From positions 79,066 through 143,065 of the forward strand of contig JBKBRF010000014.1 of assembly GCA_046292385.1 (NCBI GenBank): DNA of 64,000 nucleotides, given 5' to 3'. Of the stretch, positions 19,219-28,585 are shown piece by piece. The position numbers and the translations under genes were made by a program. Source of the DNA: Armatimonadota bacterium. GTDB taxonomy: Bacteria; Armatimonadota; SYMT01. How positions within the stretch are numbered: position 1 is the stretch's first letter; each line of letters begins with the position of its first letter. The notes below the pieces were generated by a model. It was not told the origin of the DNA. It was given only the letters and a program-made list of their open reading frames with translations, and did no database searches.

Positions 19219-19794
19219 TCACTCGCCGACCAGGAACTGCGGCTGCGCCTCCCCGTACGCCGGCCGCGCCGGGTGGGTGGCCTCGGCCGCGGGGGCGGGC
19301 TGTGCGGCCGGGGCCGTCCGCGGCTGCCGCCGCGCGATCGCCATGGCGCCCGCGCCGATGGAGATCGCGGCCGTGACCGGGAAGTAGATGAACCAGCCGA
19401 CCACCGGCAGCCAGCCGGGCAGGGCGGTGCAGAGGGCGCCGCCGACCAGCGCGGCGATGGAGCGCTCCTGGCCCGTGGTGCGGCGGATGCGCGCGGCGAG
19501 CTGCCGCGCGATGCCGGCGCCGCCGATCACCGCGGAGACCAGCATGGGGCTCAGCACGATCCACCCGAGGAGCTGCAGGCCGCCGACCTGGCTGCTTAGC
19601 AGAGCCACCGCCAGCGTGAAGAAGAGCGCGAAGATCCCCAGGCCCACGAAGCCGCAGAGGTAGGGGCGCCGCTCCACCCGCTCCCGAGCGCGCTCCACCG
19701 GGTTCGGCAGCATCAGGTTCGCCCAGACCAGAATCGCCGTGTGCGTCACCACGAACCCGATCACGAACCAGACCACCGTCAGCACGTTCGCCAT
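19219..19794 (-). CDS. Hypothetical integral membrane protein
   Basis: About 5 hydrophobic segments; GGAG RBS; first gene of the apparent DUF1800-DUF1501 operon. Confidence 0.7.
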   Translation of the reverse strand: MANVLTVVWFVIGFVVTHTAILVWANLMLPNPVERARERVERRPYLCGFVGLGIFALFFTLAVALLSSQVGGLQLLGWIVLSPMLVSAVIGGAGIARQLAARIRRTTGQERSIAALVGGALCTALPGWLPVVGWFIYFPVTAAISIGAGAMAIARRQPRTAPAAQPAPAAEATHPARPAYGEAQPQFLVGE

Positions 19795-19890
19795 GACGTC
19801 ACTCCTTCCGATGCCCCTTCTGACACAACAGATTCTGCCCCGGCACCGGGTGCACTCGGACTGTGCTTTGACGCACGCGCGGCGAGGAAG

Positions 19891-19928
19891 AAACGAAAAA
19901 CGCCTGCCTCGGGAGCGAGACAGGCGTT
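19891..19928 (-). terminator. Intrinsic terminator after the sigH-small ORF unit
   Basis: Minus strand aacgcctgtctcg-ctcc-cgaggcaggcgtt followed by tttcgttt. Confidence 0.8.
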
Positions 19929-19955
19929 CGGATGCGGGATGACGGGATGAGCGCG

Positions 19956-20198
19956 CTAATGCCGTGTGGGGCTGGCCTCTCGGATCTCGTAAGTGACGCA
20001 GATGCTGGAGATCTGGGAGAGCATCCGCTGCTCGATCGCCTCCAGCTCTCCGCGCAGCTCGATCGGCGTCAGGTTCTCCGCGGAGCTGCGCAGGTTGGCG
20101 GCGGCCTGGTAGCCGTCCTGGAACACTTCCACGATGCGCTCCAGCGCGTCCTGGCAGGGGGTCAGTTCCTTATTCAAAGCTGGGAGCCGCAGGTCCAT
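19956..20198 (-). CDS. Small hypothetical helical protein (80 aa)
   Basis: GGGAGG RBS before ATG, coding-like composition, terminator downstream. Confidence 0.65.
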   Translation of the reverse strand: MDLRLPALNKELTPCQDALERIVEVFQDGYQAAANLRSSAENLTPIELRGELEAIEQRMLSQISSICVTYEIREASPTRH

Positions 20199-20383
20199 AC
20201 GTTGCCTCCCGGACGAGTCTCAGCCGGGGCTGGGGTGAGTTGGATGGTTCGACTTCCCTGCCGACAGGTTTGTTCGGACCGGAAGCGTTCGCCCTCGATT
20301 TCCGTTCGATTCGCGATGGCGGGCGGGCTTCCCTCTTCCATCCGTCAAATCGGAAAACCAGGCCAGCTTTCGGACCGCTGCGA

Positions 20384-21055
20384 CTACTCGGCGAACGGCC
20401 ACTCCACGCCTTCGCCGCTGGCGGCGGAGACCTTGCGCTTGATGCGCATGAGCGCGTTGTCGACCGACTTCGTCTTGCACTGCAGCTCCCGGGCGATCTC
20501 CCGGTACGACTTGCCCATCTGATAGCCGGCCAGCACGCGCCACTCGAACTCGCTGAGCATCTGGTGCAGCAGGGAGCGCAGCCGGATGGTGTCTTCCGTC
20601 CGCAGGATCACGTGCTGGGGATCCAGCTCGTCCCCGGACTGCAGCACGTCCGCCATGTTCCACTCGGAGGCGTCGTCATCCGCCGGCACCTCCAGAGAGA
20701 GCGAGCTGTTCAGCGGCACCTGCTTCTGGCGGGTGGCCGCCTTGATCGCAGTGATAATGTGCCGGTGGATGCAGACTTTGGCAAACGCCGGGAACGACGT
20801 CGCCTTGTCGTGGCGGTAGTCCACGATCGCCTGCCAGAGGCCGATCATCCCCACCTGCAGCAGGTCCTCGCGCTCCGCGCCGACGAGAAAGTACGACTTG
20901 ACCTTGCTGCGTACCAGGTTCCGGTACTTGTAGAGGATGTGCTCGGCAGCGTCGCGGCGGCCTCGCTGGGCGAGCGAGACTACCTGAAAGTCCGGCCACT
21001 GCGCGTAGCGCGTGCCGGTCGAGCCGTCGTCGTTAAGGTCGAAAGAGTCCCTCAT
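20384..21055 (-). CDS. sigH: SigH-like RNA polymerase sigma factor
   Basis: KYRNLVRSKVKSYFLVGAEREDLLQVGMIGL, IITAIKAATRQKQVPLNS and KSVDNALMRIKRK match the Bacillus SigH pattern; start 21055 or 21076. Confidence 0.85.
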   Translation of the reverse strand: MRDSFDLNDDGSTGTRYAQWPDFQVVSLAQRGRRDAAEHILYKYRNLVRSKVKSYFLVGAEREDLLQVGMIGLWQAIVDYRHDKATSFPAFAKVCIHRHIITAIKAATRQKQVPLNSSLSLEVPADDDASEWNMADVLQSGDELDPQHVILRTEDTIRLRSLLHQMLSEFEWRVLAGYQMGKSYREIARELQCKTKSVDNALMRIKRKVSAASGEGVEWPFAE

Positions 21056-21531
21056 CCCGCTTCGGATTTCTCGCAAAGGCCTACGCTGGCCAAGCCGGGT
21101 CCTGGTGTTACTCCCAGGCAGGACCTGAACGGGGACAGGCTAGCTCAGGGCCGGTTGATCAACTTACGGCATAGTTCGCCGTCGATAGCCGTCATTCCTG
21201 CCCGGAGGCCCGCTCCGGAGAGCGGCTCTGGGTGGGAATCTCGAATGTGCACCGCGGTACCGTGAGTGGGGCCCGTGATTCCGGGCGGGCGTGTGAGGGG
21301 TATCGACCCGGTCTCCGGAGTCGTGCGCCGCGGAGAGCGGCGACGGGTTACGGTACCTACCCTAGTAAGATGTCGTCGCAAACCTCCGAGTTTCAAGCGA
21401 GTTTAAGCGCCGAGCCGAACAGGCCTGCTCGGCTCCGCTAGCAACCGAGCCTGTCCGGATCGGCTCTTTGGTGGGTGGGGCGGGGGCTCTCCCGGCGGCA
21501 ACCTGACTTCTGACCGGGATATGGCGCATAA

Positions 21532-22926
<1,395 letters not shown>

Positions 22927-22992
22927 GCACCCGAAGTGGGTGAAAAGGAGAGTGGGCGAGGGGGAGCTCCGCCCCTCCTTCTCCGAGGTTGA

Positions 22993-23025
22993 CGCGGCGC
23001 CTCACCGAGCTGGTGAGGCGCCGCG
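22993..23025. terminator. Strong hairpin between convergent genes
   Basis: 14-bp perfect stem cgcggcgcctcacc/ggtgaggcgccgcg; weak U tract. Confidence 0.6.
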
Positions 23026-23048
23026 CTTCGTTCTGGGCCGGACCCCCT

Positions 23049-23885
23049 CTATGCCGGGGCGGCTATTCCCGCATCCGCCATCAGGTTGGCAGTGAGGTGG
23101 CGCTCGGCGGCGGCGTAGTCTTCCGGCTCGTCGATGTCGAGCGCGATTTCCGGGTAAGGGGAGACCACGGCCCCCAGGCCGACGTGGAAGTGCTCTCCGG
23201 CGATCTGGAGCGTCTCCTGCAGCGTGGTGAGCTGCTGCGTCACCATGCTCCAGGCGAACCGGAGGAAGAGCGACGGGCCTAGCTCCCAGGCGAAGCGGAG
23301 GTTGTTCTTGCGCGCCTCGTAGAGCCGGTCGAGCCGCTCCTTCACCTCCTCGGCGGCGGGGAACTCCTTACGGGCCAGGAAGAGGTTTCCGTGGGCGTAG
23401 CGGCCGTCCGCGAAGTCGGCGAACTTGTGGTCGCCCTCCTCGTACCGGCCGAGCACCTCGCTGCGGACCCAGCTCGTCACGAGGTCGGCGTCCTGCCGAC
23501 GGGCGTGCTCCACGAAGTGGTCGATCATCTCCGGGCGCAGCAGCGGCTGGTCCGGATGGCAGAAGAGCACCCGCGGCGTGCCGGCGGCCTGCAGTCCGCA
23601 GTAGGCGTTGTCGAGCAGCGTCTCGCACTCCGGCACCGTCTCCACGCGCTCCCACCGCTGCACGTAGGAGTGGACCACCGGAGCGCCGACCACCAGAATC
23701 CGGTTGACGGTGCGAGCCCGGCAGAGGGCGTCGAGCACGTAGTCGACCAGCGGCTTCCCGAGCATCGGGACCAGCGCCTTGTAACCCGGCGCTTCCCCCG
23801 GCCGCAGCGCGACGCGGTTGATCGACCCGGTCAGCACCACCGCGTCGACCGGCGCCCGCTCTTCCATTCCTCGCCCGTCATCCAT
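23049..23885 (-). CDS. MobA-like nucleotidyltransferase family protein
   Basis: DAVVLTG, KALVPMLGKPLVDYVLDAL, DQPLL, ALDIDEPED. Confidence 0.75.
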   Translation of the reverse strand: MDDGRGMEERAPVDAVVLTGSINRVALRPGEAPGYKALVPMLGKPLVDYVLDALCRARTVNRILVVGAPVVHSYVQRWERVETVPECETLLDNAYCGLQAAGTPRVLFCHPDQPLLRPEMIDHFVEHARRQDADLVTSWVRSEVLGRYEEGDHKFADFADGRYAHGNLFLARKEFPAAEEVKERLDRLYEARKNNLRFAWELGPSLFLRFAWSMVTQQLTTLQETLQIAGEHFHVGLGAVVSPYPEIALDIDEPEDYAAAERHLTANLMADAGIAAPA

Positions 23886-24118
23886 TCCGCTTCCCCTCTA
23901 CCCGCGGTACTCGGCTGCACGCCGGTCCCTCGCTCTATTGTTTCCCCGATCCCACCTCCGGTTACCATCCCGCGCGGTCGACGGGTAGGCCAGTACTACC
24001 AGACCGGCGCGAAAGTTACGCTTGGAGCCGGTCGGCTACTGACCCACAAGCCGGTTCTCGCCGCTCGCTCCGGCACCCGCCTCCGAGGAGCAGGCTCTCC
24101 CGCTCACGAAGAGTTCGG

Positions 24119-24150
24119 ATTCATCCCTCATCCCTCCGCCTTCATCCTTC
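24119..24150 (-). repeat. Lone arm of the GGATGAA/GGATGAG heptamer family
   Basis: ttcatccctcatccctccgccttcatcctt, complementary to the type at 53797-53825. Confidence 0.55.
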
Positions 24151-24254
24151 TGTTTGCTCTCCCGCCGCTTCGGGTATATGCGGCCGGCTGCCGGACCGGC
24201 CGGCGCCATCTCCCCCGGCGCCAGTGCTTCGGGCGAATGAAGAGCGAGCAAGCG

Positions 24255-25199
24255 ATGCAGCGGCAGTGGTGGCACGTTCGGCCCTGGTTGATGCTCCTGT
24301 GCGGGGCGGCGCTGGCGACGGCGCTGCCGTTGTCTGCCGTGTCGCAGGGAAGCTCCACGTGGGAAGTGGTGCCGAACTGGCCGGAGAAGCCGGCGGCGCG
24401 GGCCGCGGCCGATTACAGCTACATCGACATCACGGGGGTGGCGGTGGGCCGGGACGGCCGCGTTTACGTCTGCCACGGGCACCCGGCCAAGGCGAAGGTG
24501 GTGGTCTTCGCGGCGGACGGCACCTACCTCAGCTCCTGGAAGACGGACGTGCTCCGGGAGCCCCACACGATCCGGACCGCGCCCGACGGAAACCTGTGGA
24601 TCACCGACTTCTATACCAACCAGGTGAGCAAGTGGAGCCCGGAGGGGGAGCTGCTGGCGCTCTACGGCATCCGCGGGCGGGGCCGCCGGGACGAGCGCCA
24701 CTTCATGGGGCCGAACGACGTCGCCTTCGCGCCGAACGGCGACGTCTACGTGGCGGAGGGGGACGGCGACCGGATCGTCCACCTCTCCGCGGACGGCCGC
24801 TACCTCGGCTCCTGGGGCCAGCGTGGCCGCCGGCCCGGAATGGTCTTCTTCCCGCACTCGATTGCCACCGACGCCGCCGGGCGGGTCTACCTGGCAGACC
24901 GGAAGAACAAGCGGGTGCAGGTCTTCGCGGCGGACGGCACCTTCCTGGCGCAGTGGAAGAAGGTCGGCACTCCCTACGCGCTTTTTATCGACCGCCAGCA
25001 GCGGGTCTACGTGGCGGACGGCAAGAAGGGGACGATCCGGACCTTCACGACGAGCGGCCAGCTGCTGGAGAAGTTCGGCCGCTGGGGCCGCGCGCCCGGC
25101 CGCCTGCAGGAGCCGCACGGCCTCTGCGTGGATGAGGCGGGGAATCTTTACGTGGCGGACGGCTATGGCAAGCGGGTGCAGAAGTTTGTGAGGCGATAG
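24255..25199 (+). CDS. Exported NHL-repeat beta-propeller protein (PAL-like)
   Basis: Signal-like N-terminus; repeated PH.I..D..G.VYVAD....RVQ.F units. Confidence 0.85.
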   Translation: MQRQWWHVRPWLMLLCGAALATALPLSAVSQGSSTWEVVPNWPEKPAARAAADYSYIDITGVAVGRDGRVYVCHGHPAKAKVVVFAADGTYLSSWKTDVLREPHTIRTAPDGNLWITDFYTNQVSKWSPEGELLALYGIRGRGRRDERHFMGPNDVAFAPNGDVYVAEGDGDRIVHLSADGRYLGSWGQRGRRPGMVFFPHSIATDAAGRVYLADRKNKRVQVFAADGTFLAQWKKVGTPYALFIDRQQRVYVADGKKGTIRTFTTSGQLLEKFGRWGRAPGRLQEPHGLCVDEAGNLYVADGYGKRVQKFVRR

Positions 25200-25214
25200 G
25201 GCTTTAGCTGTTCC

Positions 25215-25587
25215 CGATGCCTGGGTTCCCCGGGGCATTTGGCATTGCTTGTCTTGGCAGTCGCGACTACCGTCTCGTGAGTTCCCGCTGCGCCCTTGGC
25301 GTCGTATATCCTGACGTTCCCGGCTACCCGCCCGGAGGTCCCCCCTGCGCCCTTGGCCCTCGGACCAGCCCTCCCGCGCCGGTGGCCCTCCGCGGGCCTT
25401 TTCACGCTCCGCCTCCGGCTCCGCTAGCAGGCCGCTCCGGGAGTGCACATCGATAAGCTCTGCCCGCGTCAGTAACGGGCGATCGTCTCAGAGCTGGCGC
25501 TTACGGGCTGGTCCGAGGGCCTTCGAGCGACCCTCCCCCACCGGGGAGGGTCACAAGTGCCCGCCTCCGCTCCGCTGCGGCGGCCTC
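25215..25587 (-). repeat. Copy 1 of a large non-coding repeat element (inverted relative to copy 2)
   Basis: 25423-25468 matches revcomp 25916-25961 at 45/46; 25517-25555 matches revcomp 25830-25868 at 39/39. Confidence 0.9.
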
Positions 25588-25798
25588 AGTCCCTTCTGTC
25601 GGCAGTGGTGCAATAGTCGCGTTCAGCTCCTCTGTGGATCAGTCCGGCGACCGCGTGAGACGAAGGTCCCGGGAGCGATCGAGAGATTGGCCCCGCCCAC
25701 CGTCGACTCTTGCCAGTGCGGCATCATCCGCCGCCCCTCCGGGGCTCCAGTCCGCCGTGAGGCGATAACTCCATCGCGGACTAGCACCGCCCAAACCA

Positions 25799-26260
25799 AG
25801 GCCGCCGGAGCGAGAGCGGAGGCGGTCACTGTGACCCTCCCCGGTGGGGGAGGGTCGCTCGAAGGCCCGCGGCTCGGCCCGTGAACCTGGCCCTGGTGGC
25901 GGTAGAGCGCAGTGGCGCGGGCAGAGCATATCGATGTGCACTCCCGGAGCGGCCTGCTAGCCCGGAGGGCGTGAAAAGGCCGCGGAGGGCCTTCGTCGCG
26001 GGAGGGCCGGGCCGCGGGACAAGGGCGCAGGGGGAACCCTCGGGCGGGTAGCCGTGAACGACAAAACAAACGACGCCACTATGACGCAGGCGGAAACCTC
26101 GGGCGGGTAGCCCCGAACGCCAAGACAATAACCGCCGAAGGCACAGGCGGAAACCTCGGGACAGTAGCCGCGAACGCCGAGATAGACCCGGCCGAAGGCA
26201 AAGGGGGAAACCGAGGCCGGTCGCACGGCACGGGGTCGTGCAACCGGCCACCGAAAGGCC
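25799..26260 (+). repeat. Copy 2 of the large non-coding repeat element, with 3+ tandem 57-59-nt units
   Basis: ggaa(a/c)cc at 26033, 26092, 26149, 26206; gtagcc at 26048, 26107, 26164. Confidence 0.9.
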
Positions 26261-28504
26261 TCAGTCCACCTCACTCTCCCCCAAAACCCTCCGATAAGTC
26301 ACCCGAGCGTGCTCGTAAGCGCGGCGGGCCTCCTCCTTCTCCTCCGGCTTGATGAAGCGCTCCTTCTGGCTCCAGCAGCGATCGACGCCCTTAAGGCACC
26401 ACTCCGCGCTGCGGCGGCTGGCGCGGACCGGCTTGCCGCCCACCAATACCCAGACTGGGTTGGTGTGGGAGCTGGGGAGCACGCGGACCGCTACCCAACT
26501 GCTCCGCTCCACCGGCACGTCGAAGGTGAGGTCGCGAGTCACGCCGTCGGCGGCGAGCATCTGCCTGGCTACCGGATAGCCGTTGACGATCACCTCTACC
26601 GGCACCTCGCGGCTTTCGCCGGCGCGGGCGCGCTCCAGGTGCCAGTACGGCTGCTGGGTGTAGGGGCGCTTCGAGAGGGCGGGGTTCGGCTTCTCCGGCA
26701 GCAGCGCGGAGGCCTTGACGGTGAGGCGCACGGTTCCGGGCTGGGCGAGGCGGACTTCGCTGCCGTTCTCGCCGACCGCCGTCTGGTTCACGCGCAGCTC
26801 CATCAGGTGGCTCTGGCCGTCGGAGACGTAGCTGCGGCCCTGGCGGACGCCCTCGATCCAGGTGTCGAAGTCGAGCTTCCCGTCTAGCTTCACGTAGGAG
26901 CGGCCGAGGCCGACTCGCTCGCCATAGATGCAGGGGAAGTCGGTCTCCCCGCTGATCCGGGTGCGGAAGCCGCAGTTGAGCGTGTGGTACCACATGTTCA
27001 GCTCCCACACGTAGGGCGTGTCGACCGTCGACATGAAGTCGACCGCCGGTACCGGCTTCCCGTCCGGCCCCGGTACCTCGTGGGTCACGTCGACCACGTA
27101 CTCGTTCGCGCCAATGCCGGAGTAGGGCGGGATCACGTAGTTGGGGAGCTCCGCCGTCTCCACTTCCAGGCCCCAGCCGGAGTGGGCGGGACCGGTGACG
27201 GCGCCCTGCGCCTTCGCCCAGCGCAGCGTGTTCAGGCCGAGCGTGGGCCAGTGGTGGGTCGAGTCGCCGCCGGGGTAGATCTGCTCCTTGAGGCGGAGCA
27301 GGCAAAGATGCCCGCTCTGGTGCGAGCCGAAGCCGGAGACCTCCACGTCGTAGCGCAGCAGGTAGGGGTACTGCGAGGTCGGGTCGATCTTGCCCGTGAA
27401 GAACTGCTTCTGGTAGTCGAAGCACGGTCCCCAGGTGAGGTTGCAGCCGACTTTCAGGTCTTCTCCCTGGCAGTGGCGCGCCATGTCGGGAGCGTGGACC
27501 CCTTCCGTGGGGTTGGTGTAGTGAGCGCAGCCGGCGGCGTGGATATGGTGGTCGCCGGAGTACCAGCCGAGGGTGGCCGGGTCGACCCACCGCGCGAGCT
27601 TGAACGTCTCCGTGTGTTTCTTCCCGGCGGGGACCTTCATCGCGCGGCGCTGCGCGTGGTACTCTGGGCCGCGGGTCACCTCCACCTGGTACTCGCCCGC
27701 GGGGAGTCGCACCGTCTCGCCGTCCTTCCGGTAGATCTGCGGGTGGAACGAGAAGTCGGGCGCCAGGCGCTTGGCAGGGGAGGGATAGACGCGGCCGGCG
27801 CGGTCCCGGATCACGAAGCCGGCGGTGCACGGCTTGCCGTGCTCGTCCCGCACGCGCAGGGTGACCGTGGAAGCGGGCAGGGCCGTGAAGAGGGTGTCGA
27901 CCTCGCTGCGGAAGCCGAGGTCTTGCGTCCCCTGGCCCACGTTAAAGCTCACCTTCGCCTCGCGCTTTCCGGCGTCCCGGCTGTAGAGGGAGAGCACGCG
28001 GTACTCCAGCTCCAGCCCGGAGAGCTCCGGCCGCAGCGGCTGCGCGGTGTGCTGGAGCAGGTCGAGCCAGCGGTGCGCCACCTCACCCTGCGGGCTATTG
28101 TGCAGCCGGCCGGCATTCGGGCTCGTCACCCGCAGCGGCGCCGTCACGCCCGCGTCGTTCCGCACCTTCACCAGGAAGGTGCGCCAGCCGCCCTCCACCA
28201 ACTCCGGCTTCGCCGCGCCGGGGGCGACCTTCACCCGGCTCTCCGGGTTGATCTCCACGTGGTAGAGCGCGTGGCGGTCCAGCACCCGCTCGATCCGCGC
28301 CGCACCGCCCGGGGCCATCGCTTCCGCCGCCTCCAGCACCGCCTTGCGGTCCGCGGGGGGGAGCGGCGCGCCCAGGAAGTCGAGCGTCTCCACCACCCGG
28401 CGCGCCTGGGCGGCGAGGGGCTGGAGATCCACTTGCGCCGCGGGTCCGGGCGCGGCCAGCACGGCGGCGGCAAAGGCGAGGAACGGCAGGAAGAGGCGCT
28501 GCAT
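26261..28504 (-). CDS. CehA/McbA family (PHP-like) metallohydrolase, exported
   Basis: Signal peptide, TRGPEY, GWYSGDHHIH, SGETDFP, GRSYVSDG. Confidence 0.75.
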   Translation of the reverse strand: MQRLFLPFLAFAAAVLAAPGPAAQVDLQPLAAQARRVVETLDFLGAPLPPADRKAVLEAAEAMAPGGAARIERVLDRHALYHVEINPESRVKVAPGAAKPELVEGGWRTFLVKVRNDAGVTAPLRVTSPNAGRLHNSPQGEVAHRWLDLLQHTAQPLRPELSGLELEYRVLSLYSRDAGKREAKVSFNVGQGTQDLGFRSEVDTLFTALPASTVTLRVRDEHGKPCTAGFVIRDRAGRVYPSPAKRLAPDFSFHPQIYRKDGETVRLPAGEYQVEVTRGPEYHAQRRAMKVPAGKKHTETFKLARWVDPATLGWYSGDHHIHAAGCAHYTNPTEGVHAPDMARHCQGEDLKVGCNLTWGPCFDYQKQFFTGKIDPTSQYPYLLRYDVEVSGFGSHQSGHLCLLRLKEQIYPGGDSTHHWPTLGLNTLRWAKAQGAVTGPAHSGWGLEVETAELPNYVIPPYSGIGANEYVVDVTHEVPGPDGKPVPAVDFMSTVDTPYVWELNMWYHTLNCGFRTRISGETDFPCIYGERVGLGRSYVKLDGKLDFDTWIEGVRQGRSYVSDGQSHLMELRVNQTAVGENGSEVRLAQPGTVRLTVKASALLPEKPNPALSKRPYTQQPYWHLERARAGESREVPVEVIVNGYPVARQMLAADGVTRDLTFDVPVERSSWVAVRVLPSSHTNPVWVLVGGKPVRASRRSAEWCLKGVDRCWSQKERFIKPEEKEEARRAYEHARVTYRRVLGESEVD

Positions 28505-28585
28505 GACGGTGGCTCCGGTGCAGGGCGCCGCGGGTCGGGCGCTTATCGGCGCATTCGACGTGCTGCGGGGGTCTGCCTGCGCGGA

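Noticed and set aside
21172..21203. SigH autoregulatory promoter (GCAGGAAT...GAAC on the minus strand)
   Set aside because: The -10 is imperfect and the spacing is off by about one base; too weak to call
26085..26200. c-di-GMP-I riboswitch (gcacaggcggaaacc resemblance)
   Set aside because: No GNRA/receptor two-stem architecture, and the region lies between gene 3' ends
26025..26215. CRISPR array
   Set aside because: Units are degenerate along their whole length, with no identical repeats separated by unique spacers, only 3-4 units, and no cas genes
25217..26274. ORFs 25217-25456 (+) and 25957-26274 (-) with 19-aa periodicity as real proteins
   Set aside because: One unit is 59 nt and breaks the frame, there is no RBS, and variation fits base pairing better than codon conservation; not fully excluded
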